DNA of 64,000 nt from the human T2T-CHM13v2.0 reference genome, Homo sapiens. This document shows, one piece after another, positions 57,001-64,000 of this stretch. The stretch lies in NCBI RefSeq assembly GCF_009914755.1, contig NC_060933.1. The stretch is one strand, 5' to 3'. Within the stretch, counting starts at the first letter, position 1. Every line of letters begins with the position of its first letter. Below the pieces are notes generated by a model, which worked only from the letters and a program-made list of their open reading frames with translations, was not told where the DNA came from and ran no database searches. The translations under genes were made by a program, and so were the position numbers.

Positions 57001-60000
57001 ATTGTAATGGAATGGAATGGAATGGAATGGAATTAACCCGAATACAATCGAATGGAATGGAATGGAACGGAATGGAGTGGAATGGAATGGAATCAACCCG
57101 AGTGCAGGGGAATGGAATGGAATGGAATGCAATGGAATGGAATCATCCGGAATGGAATGGAACGGAATGGAATGCAAAACAATGGAATCAACTCGATTGC
57201 AATGGAATGGGATGGAATGGAAAAGAAGAGAATGGAATCAACCTGATTGGAATGGAATGGAAAGGACTGGAATGGAGTGGAATGGAATGGAACCGAATGG
57301 AATGGAATCAACTCGATTGGAATGGAGTGGAATGGAATTTGAATGGAATGGAATGGAATGGAATGGAATTAACCCGAATAGAATGGAATGGAATGGAATG
57401 GACCGGAATGGAATGGAATGGAATGGAATGGAATGGAATGGAATCAACCCGAGTGCAATGGAATGGAGTGGAATGGAATGGAATGGAATGGAACAACCCG
57501 AAGAGAATGGAATGTAATGGAGAGTAAGGGAGTTGAATAGAATCAATCCGATTGTAATGGAATGGAATGCAACGGAATGGAATGGAATGGAATGGAATGG
57601 AATGGAATGGAATGCAATGGAATGGAATGAACTCGAGTACAATGGAATGGAATGGAATGGAATGGAATGGAATGGAATAGAATGGAATGGAATTGAATGG
57701 AATGGAACGCCTTCAAACCGAATGGAATGGAAAGGAATGGAATCAACACGAGTGGAATGGAATGGAATGGAAAGGAATGGAATGGAATGGAATGGTACGG
57801 AATAGAATGGAATGGAACGAACTGGAATGGAACGGAATGGAATGGAATGGAATGGAATCGTTCCGAGTGGAATAGGAGGGAATGTATTCGAGTGGAATAG
57901 AAAGGAATGGAATCAACCAGAGTGGAACGGAAGGGAATGGAATGGAATGGAAACTAATAGAATGGAATCAACCCGAGTGGAATGGAATGGAAAGGACTGG
58001 AATGGAATGGAATGGAATGGAATGGAATGGAATCAACTCGATTGGAATGGAATGGAATGGAATGGAATGGAATTTAATGGAATGGAATTAACCCGAATAC
58101 AATGGAATGGAATGGAATGGAACGGAACGGAGTGGAATGGAATGGAATCAACCCGAGTGCAGGGGAATGGATTGGAATGGAATGCAATGGAATGGAATCA
58201 TCCGGAATGGAATGGAATGGAATGGAATGCAAAGCAATGGAATCAACTCGATTGCAATGGAATGGAATGGAATGGAAAGGAATAGAATGGAATCAACCCG
58301 AGTGTAATGGAATGGAAAGGACTGGAATGGAGTGGAATGGAATGGAATGGAATGGAATGGAATCAACTCGATTGGAATGTGATGGAATGGAATGGAATGG
58401 AATGGAATTAACCCGAATAGAATAGAATGGAATGGAATGGAATCAACTCGATTGCCATGGAATGGAATGGAATGGAATGGAATCGAATGGAATGGAATGG
58501 AATTAACCGGAATAGAATTGAATGGAATGGAATGGAACGGAATGGAATGGAATGGAATGGAATGGAATGGAATGGAATGGAAAGGAATCAACCCGAGTGC
58601 AGGGGAATGGAATGGAATGGAATGCAATGGAATGGAATCATCCGGAATGGAATGGAATGGAATGGAATGCAATCAACCTGATATAATGGAATGGAGTGGA
58701 ATGGAATGGAATGGAATTAACCCAAATAGAATGGAATGGAATGGAATGGAACGGAATGGAATGGAATGGAATGGAATGGAATGGAATCCACCCGACTGCA
58801 GGGGAATGGAATGGAATGGAATGCAATGGAATGGAATCATCCGGAACGGAAAGGAATGGAATGGAATGCAATCAACTCGATTGCAGTGGAATGGAATGGA
58901 ATGGAATGCAATCGAATGGAATGGAATGGAATTAACCAGAATAGAAAGGAATGGAATGGAATGGAAAGGAATGGAAGGGAATGGAATGGAATGTAATCAA
59001 CCCGAGTGCAGGGGAATGGAATAGAATGGAATGCAATGGAATGGAATCATCCGGAATGGAATGGAATGGAATGGAATGCAATCAACCTGATGCAATGGAA
59101 TGGAGTGGAATGGAATGGAATGGAATGGAAACATCCCGAATGCAATGGAATGTAATGGAGTGTAAGGGAATTGAATAGAATCAATCTGAATGTAATGGAA
59201 TGGAATGGGATGAAATGGAATGGAATGGAATGGAATGGAATCAACCCGAGTGCAATGGAATGGATTCGAATGGAATGGAATGGAATGGAATGGATTCAAC
59301 AAGAATGGAATGGAAAGGAATGGAATCACCCCGAGTGTAATGGCATGGAATGGAACGGAATGGAATGGGAAAGAATGGAATGGTACGGATTAGAATGGAA
59401 TGGAATGGAATGGAATGGAATGGAATGGAATGGAATGGAATGAACCCGTGTGCAATGGAATTGATTGGAATGGAATGGAATGGATTCAACTCGAATGGAA
59501 TCAACTCAATTGCAATGGAATGGAATGGAATGGAAAGGAATAGAATGGAATCAACTCGAGTGGAATTGAATGGAATGGAATTAACCCGAATAGAATGGAA
59601 TGGAACGGAATGTAATGGAATGGAATGGAATGGAATCAATCCGAGTGCAGGGGAATGGAATGGAATGGAATGCAATGGAATGGAATGATCCGGAATGGAA
59701 TCAACTCGATTGCAATGGAATGGAATGGAATTGAATTAACCCGAATAGAATGGAATGGAATGGAATGGAACGGAACGGAATGGAATGGAATGGAATGGAA
59801 TGGAATGGAACGAAAAGGAATGGAATCAACCCGAGTGGAAAGGACTGGAATGGAGTGGAATGGAATGGAATGGAATGGAATGGAATGGAATCAACTCGAT
59901 TGGAATGTAATGGAATGCAATGGAATGGAATTAACCCGAATAGAATGGAATGGAATGGAATGGAACGGAATGGAATGGAATGGAATGGAATGGAATGGAA

Positions 60001-60657
60001 TGGAATCAACCCGACTGCAGGGGAATGGAATGGAATGGAATGGAATGCAATGGAATGGATTCAACTTGAATGGAATGGAAAGAATGGAATCAACACGAGT
60101 GGAATGGCATGGATTGGAATGGAATGGAATGGAATCAACCCGAGTACAGGAAAATGGAATGGAATGGAATGCAATGGAATGGAATCATCCGTAATGGAAT
60201 GGAAAGGAATGGAATGGAATAAAATGGAATGGAATGCAATGGAATCAACTCGATTGCAAAGGAATGGAATGGAATTGAATTAACCCGAATAGAATGGAAT
60301 GGAATGGAATGGAACGGAACGGAATGGAATGGAATGGAATGGAATGGAATTAACCGGAATAGAATTGAATGGAATGGAATGGAACGGAATGGAATGGAAT
60401 GGAATGGAATGGAATGGAATGGAATGGAAAGGAATCAACCCGAGTGCAGGGGAATGGAATGGAATGGAATGCAATGGAATGGAATCATCCGGAATGGAAT
60501 GGAATGGAATGGAATGCAATCAACCTGATATAATGGAATGGAGTGGAATGGAATGGAATGGAATTAACCCAAATAGAATGGAATGGAATGGAATGGAACG
60601 GAATGGAATGGAATGGAATGGAATGGAATGGAATCAACCCGACTGCAGGGGAATGGA
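39031..60657 (+). repeat. Large super-unit copy 2 (~21.6 kb; contains 3 inner 2.76-kb repeats)
   Basis: Near-identical ORFs at offsets 21627-21637 over 30.1-41 kb vs 51.8-62.7 kb (30152/51789, 33328/54960, 37544/59171, 39251/60878). Confidence 0.93.
42480..51430 (+). repeat. Tandem array of the same ~2.76-2.83-kb unit, ~3.2 copies
   Basis: The marker GGAAAAAATTGGTTGCAATCG occurs at 43825, 46618 and 49446 (spacings 2793, 2828). Confidence 0.95.
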
Positions 60658-63600
60658 ATGGAATGGAATGCAATGGAATGGAATGGAATGGAATGCAAAG
60701 GAATGGAATTAACCCGAGTGGAATGGCATGGAATGGAATGCAATGGATTGGAATGCAATGGAATCAACTCGAGTGGAAGGGAATGGAATGGAATAGAAAG
60801 GAATGGAATGAAGTCAACTCGAGTGGAATGGAATGGAATGGAATGGATTGGAATGGATTGCAATGGAATGAAATGGAATGGAATGGAATGGAATCAATCA
60901 TTCCGAGTGGAGTGGAAGGGAATGTAATGGAGTAGAAAGAAGGGAATGGAATCAACCTGAATGGAATGCAAGGCAATGGAATGGAATGGAAAGGAATGGA
61001 CTGGAACCAACTCGATTGCAATGGAATGGAATGGAATGGAATGGAATGGAATGGAATTAACCGGAATAGAATGGAATGGAATGGAATGGAATGGAAGGGA
61101 ATGGAATCAACACGAGTGCAGGGGAATGGAATGGAATGGAATGCAATGGAATGGAATCATCCGGAATGGAATGGAATGGAATGGAATCAACTCCATTGCA
61201 ATGGAATGGAATGGAATGGAATGGAATGGAATGGAATGGAATCGTTCCGAGTGGAATAGGAGGGAATGTATTCGAGTGGAATGGAAAGGAATGGAATCAA
61301 CCAGAGTGGAATGGAAGGGAATGGAATGGAATGCAAACTAATAGAATGGAATCAACCCGAGTGGAATGGAATGGAAAGGACTGGAATGGAATGGAATGGA
61401 ATGGAATGGAATGGAATGGAATCAACTCGATTGTAATAGAATGGAATGGAATGGAATGGAATGGAATGGAATGGAATTAACCCGAATACAATGGAATGGA
61501 ATGGAATGGAACGGAATGGAGTGGAATGGAATGGAATAAACCCGAGTGCAGGGGAATGGAATGGAATGGAATGCAATGGAATGGAATCATCCGGAATGGA
61601 ATGGAATGGAATGGAATGCAAAGCAATGGAATCAACTCGATTGCAATGGAATGGAATGGAATGGAAAGGAATAGAATGGAATCAACCCGAGTGTAATGGA
61701 ATGGAAAGGACTGGAATGGAGTGGAATGGAATGGAATGGATTGGAATGGAATCAACTCGATTGGAATGGAATGGAATGGAATGGAATGGAATGGAATGGA
61801 ATGGAATTAACCCGAATAGAATGGAAAGGAATGGAATGGAACGGAATGGAATGGAATGGAATGGAATGGAATGGAATGGAATGGAATGGACTGGAATCAT
61901 CCGGAACGGAATAGAATGGAATGGAATGCAATCAGCTCGACTGCAATGTAATGGAATGGAATGGAATGGAATCGAATGGAATGGAATGGAATTAACCGGA
62001 ATAGAATGGAATGGAATGGAATGGAACGGAATGGAATGGAATGGAATGGAATGGAATGGAATGGAATGGAATGGAATCAACCCGAGTGCAGGGGAATGGA
62101 ATGGAATGGAATGCAATGGAATGGAATCATCCGGAATGGAATAGAATGGAATGGAATGCAATCAACCTGATGAAATGGAATGGAGTGGAATGGAATGGAA
62201 TGGAATGGAAACATCCCGAATGGAATGAAATGTAATGGAGTGTAAGGGAATTGAATAGAATCAATCTGAATGTAACGGAATGGAATGGAATGAAATAGAA
62301 TGGAATGGAATGGAATGGAATCAACCCGAGGGCAATGGAATGGATTCGAATGGAATGGAATGGAATGGAATGGATTCAACAAGAATGGAATGGAAAGGAA
62401 TGGAATCAACCCGAGTGTAATGGCATGGAATGGAACGGAATGGAATGGGATGGAATGGAATGGTACGGAATAGAATGGAATGGAATGAAATGGAATGGAA
62501 TGGAATGGAATGGAATGGAATGGAATGGAATGGAATGAAGCCGTGTGCAATGGAATGGAATGGAGTGGAATGGAATGGATTCAACTCGAATGGAATCCAC
62601 TCGATTGCAATGGAATGGAATGGAATTGAAAGGAATAGAATGGAATCAACCCGAGTGGAATGGAATGGAAAGGACTGGAATGGAGTGGAGTGGAATGGAA
62701 TGGAATTAACCCGAATAGAATGAAATGGAACGGAATGGAATGGAATGTAATGGAATGTAATGGAATGGAATCAACCCGAGTGCAGGGGAATGGAATGGAA
62801 TGGAATGCAATGGAATGGAATCATCCGGAATGGAATGGAATGGAGTGGAATGGAATGGAATGGAATAGAATGGAACGGAATTAACACGAATAGAATGGAA
62901 TGGAATGGAATGGAATGGAACAGAAAGGAATGGAATGGAATGGAATGGAATCAACCCAAGTGCAGGGGAATGGAGTGGAATGGAATTCAATGGAATGGAA
63001 TCATCCGGAATGGAATGGAATGGAATGGAATGGAATGGAATTGAATGGAATGGAATGGAATCAACCCGAGTGCAATGGAATGGAGAGGAATGGAATGGAA
63101 TGGAATGGAAACTACACGAATGGAATGGAATGTAATGGAGTGTACGGGAATTGAATAGAATGAATCCGAATGTAATGGAATGGAATGGAATGGAAAGGAA
63201 TGGAATGGAATGGAATGGAATGGAATGGAATGGAATGGAATGCAATGCCATGGAATCAACCCGAGTGCAATCGAATGGAATCGAATGGAATGGAATGCAA
63301 TGGAATGGATTCAACTTGAATGGAATGGAAAGAATGGAATCAACACGAGTGGAATGGCATGGATTGGAATGGAATGGAATGGAATCAACACGAGTACAGG
63401 GGAATGGAATGGAATGGAATGAAATGGAATGGAATCATCCATAATGTAATGGAAAGGAATGGAATGGAATGGAATGGAATGGAATGGAATGGAATGGAAT
63501 CAACTCGATTGCAATTGAATGGAATGGAATGGAATTAACCCGAATAGAATGGAATGGAATGGAATGGAATGGAACGGAACGGAATGGAAAGGAATGGAAT

Positions 63601-64000
63601 GGAATGGAACGGATCGGAATGGAATGGAATGGAATGGAATGGAATGGAATCAACGCGAGTGCAGGGGAATGGAATGGAATGGAATGCAATGGAATGGAAA
63701 CTTCCGGAATGGGACGGAATGGAATGGAATAGAATGGAATGGAATGGAATGGAAAGGAATCAACCCGAGTACAGGGGAATGGAATGGAATGGAATGCTAT
63801 GGAATCGAATCATCCGTAATGGAATGGAAAGGAATGGAATGGAATGGAAAAGAATGGAATGGAATGGAATGGAATGGAATGGAATCAACTCGATTGCAAT
63901 CGAATGGAATGGAATGGAATTAACCCGAATAGAATGGAATGGAAGGGAATGGAACGGAAGGGAACGGAATGGAATGGAATGGAATGGAATGGAATGGAAT
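60658..64000 (+). repeat. Large super-unit copy 3 (partial, runs off the window)
   Basis: Matches 39031-42420 apart from pentamer-count changes and one 45-bp deletion near 62860. Confidence 0.92.

Larger units (their letters stand above)
1..64000 (+). repeat. Satellite III (HSat3) array: (GGAAT)n with interspersed CAACCCGAGT-type decamers; G-rich strand = +
   Basis: GGAAT pentamers and single-base variants (GCAAT, GGAAC, GTAAT, AGAAT, GGAGT, CGAAT) fill the window. They are punctuated by CAACCCGAGT, CAACACGAGT, CAACGCGAGT, TAACCCGAAT, CAACTCGATT and CATCC. The reverse complement A(C/T)TCGGGTTG is the classical Satellite III decamer. Chromosome and subfamily cannot be fixed by eye. Confidence 0.98.

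Noticed and set aside
5-63923. Hundreds of ORFs (up to 400 aa, e.g. 30386-31588) encoding MEWNG or IPFHS repeats
   Set aside because: (GGAAT)n has no stop codon in any frame and supplies an ATG every 5 bp. The ORFs overlap in all six frames and have no domain content.
1-64000. CRISPR-like alternation of conserved decamers and variable-length intervals
   Set aside because: The intervals are GGAAT runs rather than unique spacers, the repeats are ~10 bp with irregular spacing, and there are no cas genes.
1-64000. HSat2, alpha satellite/CENP-B boxes or telomeric repeats
   Set aside because: There is no HSat2-style CATTCGATTC-dominated ~26-bp unit, no 171-bp monomer and no TTAGGG tracts.
1-64000. 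Strand inversion or embedded unique/transposon sequence
   Set aside because: I looked for CATTC tracts on the + strand and for non-satellite islands and saw none beyond isolated words such as ATCATTCCGA.

Overview
All 64 kb are one uninterrupted satellite array: GGAAT pentamers on the + strand (CATTC on the - strand), broken every few to ~40 pentamers by decamers of the CAACCCGAGT / TAACCCGAAT / CAACTCGATT type. This is the signature of human (or great-ape) Satellite III (HSat3), i.e. pericentromeric or acrocentric heterochromatin. I see no genes, RNA genes, transposon insertions, CRISPR arrays or strand inversions. Every ORF in the track is an artefact of translating (GGAAT)n (MEWNG / IPFHS). 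I found no new protein-based system. The real content is a nested repeat architecture. (i) A ~3.47-kb tandem pair at 1-6.87 kb. (ii) A ~4.18-kb tandem pair at 7.2-15.6 kb. (iii) A large super-unit starting near 11.69 kb, present as a 27.3-kb copy, a 21.6-kb copy and a partial third copy. (iv) Inside the super-unit, a variable-number ~2.76-kb tandem array (5 vs 3 copies) whose diagnostic variants suggest a reconstructable unequal-crossover history. All coordinates and offsets were read by eye from marker motifs and matching ORF positions, so boundaries are approximate.
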